From positions 125,942-189,941 of the forward strand of contig CAYGRO010000001.1 of assembly GCA_964352335.1 (NCBI GenBank): a stretch of DNA of 64,000 nucleotides. The letters are read 5' to 3'. Within the stretch, counting starts at the first letter, position 1. Each line of letters begins with the position of its first letter. The DNA comes from an uncultured Gammaproteobacteria bacterium (GTDB taxonomy: Bacteria; Patescibacteriota; Patescibacteriia; VMEV01; CAYQCH01). The notes under the pieces are model-generated. The model did no database searches, was not told the origin of the DNA, and saw nothing but the letters and a program-made list of their open reading frames with translations. Both the position numbers and the translations under genes were made by a program. Below, piece by piece: positions 47,407 to 58,048 of this stretch.

Positions 47407-49839
47407 TTATAATGCTCCTAATGAAAACCCTAGATAACCAACCAAAACAATGAAAATAAAGATGGATAGATAAAATACCCCATTAGAATACAATTTATTT
47501 TTCACGGTTAAAGATTTTAATCTCACACTATTTAAGACGACTGAAATTGAACTAAAAGCCATCGCAGCACTAGCAATAACGGGAGATAGCAATAAACCAA
47601 GCCCAGGGTAAAGAACTCCTGCTGCCACGGGAATAGCGATAATATTATACCCAAAGGCCCAAAAGAGGTTTTGTTTAATCACCCCAAGTGTTAACTTGGA
47701 TAATTCAATTGTTTCGATTACTTTATCTAATGTTCCGTTGACTAAGACAATATCTGCTGATTCAATCGCAACATCAGTCCCTGTTCCCATGGCAATTCCA
47801 ATTGTTGCTTGTGCCAGTGCAGGTGCGTCATTAATACCATCACCAACCATCGCAATAACTTGATTTGGATATTGTTGTTGTAATTCTTTAATTTTATTTG
47901 CTTTATCCTGAGGAAGAACTTCAGCAATAACAGAATCAATACCTAATTGTTTCGCAATTGCTGTTGCTGTCACTTTATTATCTCCCGTTAACATAACAAC
48001 TTGTATACCAAGCTCATGTAATCTTTTCACGGCAACTTCTGCTTCTGCTTTAATGACATCCGCTAATGCAAAGGTCGCAACATGCTTATTATTTATTGCC
48101 ATAAAGACAACCGTTTTTCCTTCTACACTTAAATTAGCCGATTGCTTCATCAAAACAGAATTCTCGCGAATGGAGTTTTCTTTAAATAGTAACGCATTCC
48201 CAATCAATACAGTTTTATTATCAATTTTAGCAGAGACACCACGACCTTCTACAGCCTCAAAACCTTGTACGTCTAGTGACAATTTATTATGCAAGCTAAA
48301 TTTTGCAATCGCATCTGACAACGGATGTTCCGACAAAGATTCAATTGCATGAGCAAAAGCTAAAACTTCATTTTCTTTTACCTCTTCCGCAAAAAACACA
48401 TCTGTTACTTCTGGCTTACCTTTTGTGAGTGTTCCTGTTTTATCAAAGACAATGGTATGAATTTTATGAGCTTGCTCTAGACTTTCTGCATTTTTAACCA
48501 AAATCCCTTTACTTGCTGATTTACCAGTACCGACCATTACCGCCGTTGGAGTTGCCAAACCAAGAGCACATGGGCAAGCAATAATCAATATTGTTGCCGC
48601 GATATAGACGGCCAACTGTAATAACGAACCCTCACTTTGCGTAAACCCTAATTGTGGTGAAACAAAAAGCCAAAAAAGAAAACCACTAATCGCAATTGCA
48701 ATAACGACAGGAACAAATACAGAAGAAATAGCATCAGCTCTTTTTTGAATAGGAGCCGTTGTCCCTTGAGCTTCTTCAACCATTTGAATAATTGTAGCAA
48801 GCATGGTTTCTTTACCAACTTTATCTGCGGTAAATTGAAAACTTCCTGTTTTATTAATGGTTGCACCAATAACTTTATCCCCAATCTTTTTATCTACAGG
48901 TAAAGACTCTCCCGTAACCATAGATTCATCTAAAGTGCTTGAACCTTTAATAATTGTTCCATCAACAGGGATTTTTTCACCAGGGCGAACCACAATGATA
49001 TCTCCAGCCACTACTTCTTCAATTGAAATTCGTACCTCTTGATTATCACGTAAAACAACGGCATCTTTTGCTTGGAGTTCAAGTAATTTTTTGATGGCAT
49101 CATTTGCCTGTCCTTTTGCTCGAGCTTCTAATAATCTTCCCAAGAGAATAAAAAAGACAATAAAGACGGCTGCTTCATAAAATACATCAACCTCAATTGA
49201 ACCAAAAACCGAAGGAGCAAATGTAACAATCGCAGAAAACAACCATGCTGTTGTTGTTCCTAAGGCTATTAATGTATCCATATTTGCTGCCCCCGCCTTA
49301 AGAGCATTCCAAGTACTGGTATAAAATTGTTTTCCACCAATAAATAAAATTGGAGTAGTAATCAAAAACTGAATCAAAAAGAAAAGATTGATTGAATACG
49401 ATGAATTACTCAAAGTGAACATACCCAATGGATTATGACTACCACTAAATACCCCCACTGAAATACCAATCATCCTTGCCATAAGTAAAACAAAAGGAAT
49501 AGCACCTATTCCCACCCAAATAACAGTTCGTTTTAATTTTTGATAGTCTTTCTTTTTTAAAGCCGAGGCATGATCCATATGACCTCCATGCTTCATTTTT
49601 GAATGATCTTGTTCTTCAACAATGTCTGTAGCAATTAATTGGTAATTACCAGCTTTTTTTACCGCTTCTTTAATATCTTTTAATGAAACTTTTGTATGAT
49701 CATATTCAAGATAGATCTTTTCACTTGCATAGTTCACAGTAACAGAATGAACACCGTCAATTCTACTTACCATTTTTTCAATCAGCTGTTTACATGAAGC
49801 ACAATGCATTCCAATCACTGGATAAGTATCTTTTTTCAT
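47407..49839 (-). CDS. copA: copper-translocating P1B-type ATPase
   Basis: N-terminal [14 protein letters not shown] motif ([13 protein letters not shown]), [15 protein letters not shown]. Confidence 0.9.
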   Translation of the reverse strand: MKKDTYPVIGMHCASCKQLIEKMVSRIDGVHSVTVNYASEKIYLEYDHTKVSLKDIKEAVKKAGNYQLIATDIVEEQDHSKMKHGGHMDHASALKKKDYQKLKRTVIWVGIGAIPFVLLMARMIGISVGVFSGSHNPLGMFTLSNSSYSINLFFLIQFLITTPILFIGGKQFYTSTWNALKAGAANMDTLIALGTTTAWLFSAIVTFAPSVFGSIEVDVFYEAAVFIVFFILLGRLLEARAKGQANDAIKKLLELQAKDAVVLRDNQEVRISIEEVVAGDIIVVRPGEKIPVDGTIIKGSSTLDESMVTGESLPVDKKIGDKVIGATINKTGSFQFTADKVGKETMLATIIQMVEEAQGTTAPIQKRADAISSVFVPVVIAIAISGFLFWLFVSPQLGFTQSEGSLLQLAVYIAATILIIACPCALGLATPTAVMVGTGKSASKGILVKNAESLEQAHKIHTIVFDKTGTLTKGKPEVTDVFFAEEVKENEVLAFAHAIESLSEHPLSDAIAKFSLHNKLSLDVQGFEAVEGRGVSAKIDNKTVLIGNALLFKENSIRENSVLMKQSANLSVEGKTVVFMAINNKHVATFALADVIKAEAEVAVKRLHELGIQVVMLTGDNKVTATAIAKQLGIDSVIAEVLPQDKANKIKELQQQYPNQVIAMVGDGINDAPALAQATIGIAMGTGTDVAIESADIVLVNGTLDKVIETIELSKLTLGVIKQNLFWAFGYNIIAIPVAAGVLYPGLGLLLSPVIASAAMAFSSISVVLNSVRLKSLTVKNKLYSNGVFYLSIFIFIVLVGYLGFSLGAL

Positions 49840-49851
49840 AAAATAAATAAG

Positions 49852-50067
49852 TTACGATGCCTTATATTCACCCATGGCATTAATAATGGTAAGAATTTTT
49901 TCTCTGTCTTCTTTTTTTGCTTCTTCCGTAAGTGAAAGTGTGCCCAAATTCTCTTCTTCTTGTACAAAACTTGCCACAAACTTTTTTAGCCCTGCATCTT
50001 CTAATTCTATTGAGATAAGTTTTTGACAAGCATCACAATGTATTCCTTGAATTGTTATTTTTTCCAT
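49852..50067 (-). CDS. copZ: copper chaperone (HMA domain)
   Basis: GIHCDACQ metal-binding motif; internal start of the track ORF. Confidence 0.7.
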   Translation of the reverse strand: MEKITIQGIHCDACQKLISIELEDAGLKKFVASFVQEEENLGTLSLTEEAKKEDREKILTIINAMGEYKAS

Positions 50068-50069
50068 AC

Positions 50070-51506
50070 CTATTGAAACGTTATTGTTAAAGGTGGGACC
50101 ATCCCCATAGAACACGTTATTTTATAGCTTCCTTTTGTGGGAGAACCTAAGTCAATTGCATTTAATCCAGGAACAAGAGAAACGAAACCAGAAATCAACC
50201 CTCGAGACGCAAGATAATTCCCGCAACCTAATACCCCTTTATTATCTACAAGCAATGTCGTTGGCGTATCAGCAGTAAAGACTGTTGGCCCATTCGCAAG
50301 ATAATCAAATCCTTGTGCAATGATTTGTATTTCTTGTTTTTCTCCATTAATAACTTGCTCAGAAATAACAGCTACTTCTTTTTCGCTTGTAAAATCAATA
50401 TCGCTTAAACTAGGTAATCCAAGTACATTTAATTGACCATTTACATTATAGAGCGCAAAGAAAAGGACAATAAGTCCAGCAATATGGGAAAATTTCGCAG
50501 TCATCTTTGGCTTTTTTGTTAATGTAAGTCCTGTAATACTAATCCCTAATAACATCGGTAACGTTCCAAGTGCAAAGAAAAACATAATCATCGCACCTTG
50601 GAAAAAACTCCCTGTTGTAAGCGCCACACCTTGAGCAATTAGTGTAAAACCACAAGGTAGAAAAAAGGTTAATACACCCGTAAGAAACGGGATATGTTTT
50701 CCAGAAAGAGTATTTTCATTCGCAGCGGCTCTTGTGATAAATTTTGGTAAACGAAAATGAATTTTTTGAGCCCACTGTACCCCCAACATTTGCAAAGCCA
50801 AAATAAACATGATCAAAGAAACACCAATGACTAGAGTTGCATAAACGGTAGCATTGTCTAAGGAAACAACTTCTCCTAATAACCCTAAAAGCCCACCTAA
50901 AAGAAAAAAGGAAATTAATCTTCCAAAATGGAAAAGAATATGTGGAACTTTTCTTGCCGCTTGGTTTTCATGACCGAGATATAATTCATTCCAACGCTTA
51001 ATAAGTGAAAGTAATATCCCCCCAATAAGAGCAGCGCAACTAGAAACCCCAGCAACAAGACCAAGAAGAAAAAAGCCAATAAGTGAAGAAGATCCATCTA
51101 TTGAGATAAACCTTCCAAATTGCATTTTCTCTAAAATAAAAAAGAGCAATAAAAAGGAAAGAAAAACTACCAATGTTTTTACGAATGTACTTACTTTTTG
51201 TTTATTCAATACAAGCTCACCAGATGTATACGAAAATAAGGGTGCCTTGTCATTAGGAAATGGAGTTTTTGAAAACTCATACCCATCTTCTTTGAAAAGT
51301 TCATTCAACTCATCTAAATCTATATACTCCCCTCGTTCAACATATACTTTGGCACTATTATCACTAATCGAAACATCGGCGGTAACGACTTGTGGCTTTT
51401 TTAATAAACGTTTTTCAATCAAAATTTCGCAAGAGGAACAATGCATCCCTTTTACATAGAGAATTGTTTCCTTGGGTTTTCGCTTCTCATTATTAATTTC
51501 AGACAT
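50070..51506 (-). CDS. HMA domain fused to TauE/SafE-like (DUF81) permease with C-terminal extracytoplasmic domain
   Basis: GMHCSSCE followed by a polytopic membrane core (FLPCGFTLIAQG). Confidence 0.5.
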   Translation of the reverse strand: MSEINNEKRKPKETILYVKGMHCSSCEILIEKRLLKKPQVVTADVSISDNSAKVYVERGEYIDLDELNELFKEDGYEFSKTPFPNDKAPLFSYTSGELVLNKQKVSTFVKTLVVFLSFLLLFFILEKMQFGRFISIDGSSSLIGFFLLGLVAGVSSCAALIGGILLSLIKRWNELYLGHENQAARKVPHILFHFGRLISFFLLGGLLGLLGEVVSLDNATVYATLVIGVSLIMFILALQMLGVQWAQKIHFRLPKFITRAAANENTLSGKHIPFLTGVLTFFLPCGFTLIAQGVALTTGSFFQGAMIMFFFALGTLPMLLGISITGLTLTKKPKMTAKFSHIAGLIVLFFALYNVNGQLNVLGLPSLSDIDFTSEKEVAVISEQVINGEKQEIQIIAQGFDYLANGPTVFTADTPTTLLVDNKGVLGCGNYLASRGLISGFVSLVPGLNAIDLGSPTKGSYKITCSMGMVPPLTITFQ

Positions 51507-51509
51507 ACT

Positions 51510-51782
51510 CTAATTACTCTTTCTTGTTAATTGATAAATTTTCATTAATTCGTCAACCGCTTTTTTTGTTTTCCCTTCTATCATTTGGCGTTTCACACAA
51601 GAATTCAAATGACCTTCAAGCAATTTTGCATCCACTTGTTTTAACGCATTTTGCGCAGCCAGTGACTGCGTTAATACATCGGGGCAATAATTATCACTTT
51701 CCACAGCATCAATAAGTCCTTGAATTTGACCTTTGATAATTTTTAAACGATGTAAGGCACTTTTTTTCGTTTCAGCGAGCAT
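51510..51782 (-). CDS. csoR: CsoR/RcnR family metal-sensing repressor
   Basis: C-H-C ligands (YCPDV ... H ... C). Confidence 0.8.
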   Translation of the reverse strand: MLAETKKSALHRLKIIKGQIQGLIDAVESDNYCPDVLTQSLAAQNALKQVDAKLLEGHLNSCVKRQMIEGKTKKAVDELMKIYQLTRKSN

Positions 51783-52119
51783 AGTGTTTTAAATGAATAC
51801 TTAATGAAATCCATACTATTTTAATACCCTAGGGGGGTATTACAAGAATATCCCATCTTTCTTTCAATGTCTAGTAAAAAACTCTCTTCTTTTTTAAAAA
51901 GTGCAATTTATATCCACATTTCATTGTCTCTCCCCCTACCAAGTGGGCCCTGACTGTCGGCAAGTAGGGATGTCTGACAGACAAAGGGGGTATAACCATT
52001 TACAAATAAAAAAGCCTCTCCATTTGGAGGGCTTTTTCTTAATTTATTTCGAACCAGACAATATTCCAGGTTATCTGTAAAGTTCCGTACTCCGCTAAGC
52101 TTTGATAAAATACTTAGGC

Positions 52120-52659
52120 TTAACCTTGCAATTCATTGTCCTTAAAAATTCGACTTCCTACTGTTTTCACTTGCCCCTGGTATTTACCTCGGTAAGGATG
52201 CTCTGCCTTTTTATCCATTTTACAAAAGACTAATTGGCAAACGCGTCGTCCAGCTTCTAAGCGAATAGGAAGTGAATTTGCATTGTAAAGTTCTAAGGTA
52301 ATTCGTCCTTCAAAACCAGCATCTACCCAACCAGCATTTTCGATGAAGAGACCAAGACGACCAATAGAGCTTCGGCCTTCTACGAAAGCGGTTACATCAT
52401 CTGGAAGTTTAATATATTCCATAGTGGTAGCAAGTAGAAAGGAACGTGGTGGAATGGTAATAGAATCTGCTTCAAATTCTCTATACGTAATTTCAGAATC
52501 AAGCGAGATAATTTCCATCCCCTTATCTTCTACATCTAAAAAGTTGGTTCCGAGCCGACAGTCAATTGAACTACATTGGATAGAGTCAGGCACAAGAGGT
52601 TCGCAAACCAATTCTCCTTTTGCCATCATTTCTTTAAGCGTTCCATCAGATAAAATCAT
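52120..52659 (-). CDS. dcd: dCTP deaminase
   Basis: Conserved Dcd core. Bidirectional terminator at about 52001..52030. Confidence 0.85.
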   Translation of the reverse strand: MILSDGTLKEMMAKGELVCEPLVPDSIQCSSIDCRLGTNFLDVEDKGMEIISLDSEITYREFEADSITIPPRSFLLATTMEYIKLPDDVTAFVEGRSSIGRLGLFIENAGWVDAGFEGRITLELYNANSLPIRLEAGRRVCQLVFCKMDKKAEHPYRGKYQGQVKTVGSRIFKDNELQG

Positions 52660-52736
52660 ATGATCTAGCAGGTTTAATACAATAGGTACTAGGATAGTAC
52701 CGAAAAAGATTTAATTCAGCAAATAATTTTTTCCTT

Positions 52737-53666
52737 ATGAAACAATATTTAGACCTTTTGCAACATATTACTGATCATGGAGTTCAAAAAGATGACCGTA
52801 CTAATACCGGAACAAAAAGTATCTTCGGTTATCAAATGCGATTTGACCTAGCAAATGGCTTTCCACTTGTAACAACAAAAAAAACTTACCTAAAAGCAAT
52901 CATTCATGAATTATTATGGTTCTTACAAGGAGCTACAAATATTCAATACCTTGTAAAAAACAATGTTCGTATTTGGAATGAATGGTCTTACCAAATTTAT
53001 TTAGAAGAAAATAACTTAGAAGAAAAATACCCTCGGTATTCAGAAGAATGGACAGCTCACTTAGCTGAATTTGTCGAAAATATTAAAACCGATGATGAAT
53101 TTGCAAAAAAATGGGGTGAACTTGGTCCTATTTATGGAAAACAATGGACACGATGGGAAGGACCAAATGGTGTAGAGATCAATCAAATCCAAAACTGCAT
53201 CGATATGATTAAAAACAAACCAACTTCACGAAGAATTATGGTAAGTGGTTGGAATGTTGGTGAAATTCAAGAGCTTATCAAAAGTGATCATCATGCCCCC
53301 CCACCATGTCATAGTCTTTTCCAATTTATGGTCATTAATGGAAAACTTTCTTGCCAACTTTACCAAAGAAGTGCCGATGTTTTCTTAGGTGTTCCTTTTA
53401 ATATTGCTTCATACGCATTACTCACAATGATGATGGCTCAAGTAACAGGACTAGAACCAGGAGAATTTGTACATACTTTTGGAGATGTTCATATTTACAA
53501 TAATCATGTTGACCAGGTAAAAGAACAACTTTCTCGAGAACCAAGACCATTGCCAACTATGAAATTAAACCCTGAGGTAAAAGATATTTTTGCTTTCAAA
53601 TACGAAGACTTTACCTTAGAAGGATACGACCCTCATCCACCTATTAAAGCGCCTATCGCTGTATAA
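52737..53666 (+). CDS. thyA: thymidylate synthase
   Basis: PPCHSLFQF active-site Cys region. Confidence 0.9.
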   Translation: MKQYLDLLQHITDHGVQKDDRTNTGTKSIFGYQMRFDLANGFPLVTTKKTYLKAIIHELLWFLQGATNIQYLVKNNVRIWNEWSYQIYLEENNLEEKYPRYSEEWTAHLAEFVENIKTDDEFAKKWGELGPIYGKQWTRWEGPNGVEINQIQNCIDMIKNKPTSRRIMVSGWNVGEIQELIKSDHHAPPPCHSLFQFMVINGKLSCQLYQRSADVFLGVPFNIASYALLTMMMAQVTGLEPGEFVHTFGDVHIYNNHVDQVKEQLSREPRPLPTMKLNPEVKDIFAFKYEDFTLEGYDPHPPIKAPIAV

Positions 53667-53669
53667 CTT

Positions 53670-54188
53670 ATGACTAGACCCACTGTTATTCTTGTCATGG
53701 CCATGTCTGCCGACGGTTTCATTACCAAACATCAAGGCGGACTTGTCGACTGGACAAGCAAAGAAGATAAAAAACATTTTCGAACCATTACCAAAGAAGT
53801 CGGCGCTGTTATTTATGGAAAAAAAACATTCGACACTTTTCCTGGCCCATTACCCGACAGATTAAACCTTATCATGACGAGAACCCCAGAAGGATTAGAG
53901 CAAGAAGAAGGTATTTTAGAGTTTACCAATGCCGAGCCTTTAGCCATTCTAAAAGATTTAGCCAAACGAGAATTTGAACAAGTTGTTTTAGGTGGTGGTT
54001 CTCAAATTAATAAACTCTTTTTAGAACAAAACTTAGTAGATGAAATCTATCTAACGATTGAGCCTAAATTATTTGGCTCAGGTCACCCACTTTTGTCTGA
54101 AGCTATAATTGATTTAGATTTAGAATTAATTCATCTTACAAATTTAACGGCTGATAGCATTCTTCTTCACTACAAAGTAAAAAAATAA
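53670..54188 (+). CDS. dihydrofolate reductase family protein
   Basis: ILVMAMSADGFI ... YGKKTF. Confidence 0.7.
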   Translation: MTRPTVILVMAMSADGFITKHQGGLVDWTSKEDKKHFRTITKEVGAVIYGKKTFDTFPGPLPDRLNLIMTRTPEGLEQEEGILEFTNAEPLAILKDLAKREFEQVVLGGGSQINKLFLEQNLVDEIYLTIEPKLFGSGHPLLSEAIIDLDLELIHLTNLTADSILLHYKVKK

Positions 54189-54189
54189 C

Positions 54190-54630
54190 ATGGAAAAACC
54201 ATTCTCACTATACGTTGCTGGACCACTTACCCATCTCAAAGACCCTGAGATTAAAAATTTGTATATCAAAATTGGGATGATGGCAACTGAGCTTGGAATA
54301 AACGCTATTGTTCCTCATGTAGATATTGAACAAAATGCAGATATGGTAACTCCACAATTTATTTACCATGCAGACAGCAAGGCGGTAAGAGAAGCTGATA
54401 TGATGGTAGCCTATGTGGGAGAAACATCATTGGGAGTGGGGATGGAATTAGAAGTTGCCAATCAAAATAATACGCTCTTCGTTTTAATCAGTGAAAAAGG
54501 GACCCATATTTCTCGTATGGTCTTGGGAAGTCCAAACCTGATTAAACATATTGAATTTGATTCCCCTCAACATGCTTTAGATCAATTAAAAGAAGTCTTT
54601 ACCATGTGTCTTAATTCATTACGTAAATAA
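54190..54630 (+). CDS. nucleoside 2-deoxyribosyltransferase-like protein (paralog 1)
   Basis: YVAGPL ... EADMMVAY ... GVGMELEVA. Confidence 0.6.
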   Translation: MEKPFSLYVAGPLTHLKDPEIKNLYIKIGMMATELGINAIVPHVDIEQNADMVTPQFIYHADSKAVREADMMVAYVGETSLGVGMELEVANQNNTLFVLISEKGTHISRMVLGSPNLIKHIEFDSPQHALDQLKEVFTMCLNSLRK

Positions 54631-54673
54631 ATACATGGTATATGGGCCATCGGACACGTAGTATTTAACAATA

Positions 54674-55123
54674 TTGTCCCATGCACCATATACCATGCCT
54701 CATATCCATATGAATAAAATCGCCTATATCGCAGGAGCTATTACGCATCTTGCTGACGAAGAATATCTAAATTGGTATGAAGCTATTGGAAAAGCTTTGG
54801 AAGAGCATGGGTATGAAGCCTTCATTCCTCATCGTGATATTCATGTTCCTAAACATGCTGATCCACAAGAGATCCATCCTAGAAACCATGAAGCCGCTAA
54901 ACAAGCGGATATTATCATCGCTTATGTGGGTCGCCCATCACTCGGTGTAGGGATGACACTTGAACTCGCATTCAACGAAGGAATTCGAACTATTTTACTC
55001 TCTGAACAAGATGCTACGATTTCCGAAATGGTTCTCTCTTTACCAAATGTCATTGAACATATTCGATTTAATAATAAAGACGTTGCTATAGATGAATTAG
55101 TAGAATTTGTCGCCCAGCTTTAA
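54674..55123 (+). CDS. nucleoside 2-deoxyribosyltransferase-like protein (paralog 2)
   Basis: YIAGAI ... QADIIIAY ... GVGMTLELA. Confidence 0.6.
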   Translation: MSHAPYTMPHIHMNKIAYIAGAITHLADEEYLNWYEAIGKALEEHGYEAFIPHRDIHVPKHADPQEIHPRNHEAAKQADIIIAYVGRPSLGVGMTLELAFNEGIRTILLSEQDATISEMVLSLPNVIEHIRFNNKDVAIDELVEFVAQL

Positions 55124-56282
55124 CCTCAGATTTATGAGAACGCATGAAGAAATGATCAAAGAATTTGACCAAAATCTTGCTCCCTATGCAATAAAAAATG
55201 CAGGAGAACATGGACGAGTTTACCTAGAACAACACCATAGCGCCAAGCTTCCTTTTCAAAGAGATCGTGATCGCATTATTCATTGCAAAGCTTTTCGTCG
55301 TTTAAAACATAAAACACAAGTACTGGTTAGCCCAAAAGATGACCATGTTCGAGATAGACTAACCCATAGTATTGAAGGCGCTCAAATTGTGCGTGGGCTT
55401 TGTCGGTCTTTACGCTTGAATGAAGACCTGGCAGAAGCGGCTATTTTAGCTCATGATCTTGGCCACCCACCATTTGGACATGAAGGAGAATATGCTTTAC
55501 ACGAAATGATGCAAGAATTTAATTTAGCATTTGATCATAATGAACATAGTTATAGAATAGTAACTGAATTAGAACAAAGTTATCCAGATTTCCCTGGACT
55601 AAATTTAACCCAAGAAACTCGCGCCGCTATTCAAAAACATCATGTCCCTTGGGAAATGAAATCTGCGACAACGCCACATCAAGCAAGCCTAGAAGCACAA
55701 CTTGTAAACCTTGCTGACGAAATCGCTTATTACTCACATGATATTGACGATGGATTACGTTCAACTATTTTAAAAATTGATGATCTCTTGCAATTAGAAA
55801 TAGGGCAACTTGCTTTAGAAGTTATTCGTAATCGATACACAAAATTAGAAAAAGATTCTCCATTTTTTCAAGCACAATTAGTGCGATCTGTTTTACATTT
55901 ACTTTCGAAAGATATTACAGAAAACACCTCTTCTCGCATTACAGCTCTAAATATACAAACCGTAGATGATATTTACACTTTAGATAAACCAGTTGCGAAC
56001 TATAGCCCTGCCATTGAAGAGGCCACATTAGAACTAAGAAAATACCTCTATAAAAACTTCTACCACTCTCAAGAAGTAAGTAAGTTCACACATGAAGGCA
56101 AACAACTATTAAAAGAACTCTTTGCTCGTCTCTATGAAGAACCAAGACACTTACCAGAAGATCAACAAAAATTAATTGACAATACTGTGTCAAAAGCTAT
56201 TGTGATAAAAGACTATATCGCAGGAATGACCGACAACTTCGCAATAGACTTAGTTAAGTCCTTAAGAAACAAGCTCATCTAG
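55107..56282 (+). CDS. dgt: dGTP triphosphohydrolase-like HD phosphohydrolase
   Basis: RDRIIHCKAFRRL ... HDLGHPPFGH. Confidence 0.8.
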   Translation: MSPSFNLRFMRTHEEMIKEFDQNLAPYAIKNAGEHGRVYLEQHHSAKLPFQRDRDRIIHCKAFRRLKHKTQVLVSPKDDHVRDRLTHSIEGAQIVRGLCRSLRLNEDLAEAAILAHDLGHPPFGHEGEYALHEMMQEFNLAFDHNEHSYRIVTELEQSYPDFPGLNLTQETRAAIQKHHVPWEMKSATTPHQASLEAQLVNLADEIAYYSHDIDDGLRSTILKIDDLLQLEIGQLALEVIRNRYTKLEKDSPFFQAQLVRSVLHLLSKDITENTSSRITALNIQTVDDIYTLDKPVANYSPAIEEATLELRKYLYKNFYHSQEVSKFTHEGKQLLKELFARLYEEPRHLPEDQQKLIDNTVSKAIVIKDYIAGMTDNFAIDLVKSLRNKLI

Positions 56283-56290
56283 GAGAGTGT

Positions 56291-56400
56291 GATGCGAATT
56301 TACGAATGCATTCGAATCTGCAAATAGGCTACGAATTAATCGCTAACCAATTTGAAGAATATTCGTAGATTAGTATAAATTCGTATATTCGCATCATACC
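56291..56400. promoter_or_regulatory. array of TTCGTA/TACGAA half-sites including a 14-bp perfect palindrome TCGAATGCATTCGA; candidate operator upstream of tmk
   Basis: Five or more half-sites within 110 bp. Outer IR gatgcgaat / attcgcatc. Confidence 0.4.
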
Positions 56401-56439
56401 ACCGTGATAAACACCCTTAACTTGTTAACGCTCAATTCT

Positions 56440-57168
56440 ATGGCTGGAAAATTAATTGTAATCGACGGAACTGATGGAAGTGGAAAAACCACTCAATTTA
56501 ATATGCTTTTAGATCGATTACATGAAGAAAATATCGACACGCAAACAAAAGACTTCCCTCAATACGGCAAAAAATCAGCCGGCCCTGTGGAAGAATACTT
56601 AAATGGAGCATACGGCGACTCTCAATCTGTTGGACCATACCGAGGCTCTATCCTTTTTGCCGTTGACCGATACGATGCAAGTTTTGAAATGAAAAAATGG
56701 TTAAGCGAAGATAAATTTGTTCTCTGTAATCGGTATGTCACTGCCAATATGATGCATCAAGGAGGAAAGATTAAAGACGCAAAAGAACGAACGAACTATT
56801 TTGAATGGTTAAAAAATTTGGAATACAATGTTTTTGAAATCCCTGAACCAGATATTAATCTTTTCTTACATGTTCCCCCAGCTATCGCGACGAAACTTGT
56901 AGAAAAAAAAGGGCATCGAGATTATATCGGCGGTGAAGGCAAAGATATGCACGAAGCAGACATGGAACATCAAAAAGATACAGAAAAAACGTTACTAGAA
57001 CTTGCTGAAACCATGCCTAATACCTTTTTAATTAAATGTGCACCAGAAGGAGAAATGTTAAGCCCGGAAGAAATTCATGCATTGATTTGGGAAGTTGTTG
57101 CAAAAGAAATTGGTAAGCCAATAAGCAGCCCATCAAAAGCCAAAGCAAAAGGCAAACTTGTTTTTTAA
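56440..57168 (+). CDS. tmk: thymidylate kinase
   Basis: P-loop IVIDGTDGSGKTTQ, DRY motif. Confidence 0.75.
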   Translation: MAGKLIVIDGTDGSGKTTQFNMLLDRLHEENIDTQTKDFPQYGKKSAGPVEEYLNGAYGDSQSVGPYRGSILFAVDRYDASFEMKKWLSEDKFVLCNRYVTANMMHQGGKIKDAKERTNYFEWLKNLEYNVFEIPEPDINLFLHVPPAIATKLVEKKGHRDYIGGEGKDMHEADMEHQKDTEKTLLELAETMPNTFLIKCAPEGEMLSPEEIHALIWEVVAKEIGKPISSPSKAKAKGKLVF

Positions 57169-57223
57169 CAAAAAAGATATTTTTCGAGCCCCTACTCCAT
57201 GAGAGAAGTAGGGGCTCGTTTTG

Positions 57224-57934
57224 TTACTGCCGAAGCAGAAACTCAACCACGCATAGCGACGACGAAGCCGTTAGCATGATAAAAAAGTTGTCAGCAGGGG
57301 TAAGATGCCCTGCAAATGGTCCGCTGCGAATTGTCCATTGCTTGGTTTTCAACTCTACAATGGAGCAGAGGATACCAGAGACAAGTAAGAGAGGCCAAAG
57401 CTTCATCTTATAGCAAAGCGCTGCTACGAGAAAAGCTGTTCCAGCACAGGTGAACGTTCCTTCAACCGACTTTCGGGAGTTACGCCACCTCGTTTTCACC
57501 TTGCTCGCTTGTCCAACAAAAGCAGCGGCTGGATCGCACCATGCTGTGACGAGCAAAGCAACGGTCACGACAAATTGTGGAAAGAGGGTCACACAAATAG
57601 CGCATCCCACGAGAAAATCCACCATAGTGGTTCGACCACCAGCAGTTTCATGTTCTCGCTCCAGACTCCTCACCAATGGAATCGTTACTCGTTTTCTGAG
57701 CCACTCATACCCAAAAGAGAGTAAGAGTGCCGACCAGATGATGAGGACCTTTACCTCCCAGCTTTCCAAATACCAGTTTAGGGCAGCGACCCCGCTTATC
57801 GATCCGGCATGCCAGATCTTACGCAAAATCTCTACTTCCTGGCAGAAATCAAAAAAGCGAGTGCGGGACTTCCCCAGCAGTCGCAAGACAAACTCGGGCA
57901 TGAACACACTCCTTTCGTGGTATAACTCTATCAA
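57224..57934 (-). CDS. polytopic membrane protein, CTP-transferase/dolichol-kinase-like (PF01148-like); moderately high GC
   Basis: VEGTFTCAGTAF C-terminal motif. GC about 48%. Confidence 0.4.
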   Translation of the reverse strand: MIELYHERSVFMPEFVLRLLGKSRTRFFDFCQEVEILRKIWHAGSISGVAALNWYLESWEVKVLIIWSALLLSFGYEWLRKRVTIPLVRSLEREHETAGGRTTMVDFLVGCAICVTLFPQFVVTVALLVTAWCDPAAAFVGQASKVKTRWRNSRKSVEGTFTCAGTAFLVAALCYKMKLWPLLLVSGILCSIVELKTKQWTIRSGPFAGHLTPADNFFIMLTASSSLCVVEFLLRQ

Positions 57935-58048
57935 ATTCTCCTTTTATTGGAAATATTGAAATCATACCTATTTTCTGGTAGAGTTACACCACTTTAACCT
58001 CTTTACAGGGCCTCTTTTTTTAACAAAAAAAGCCCGTTTTCTAGCATT

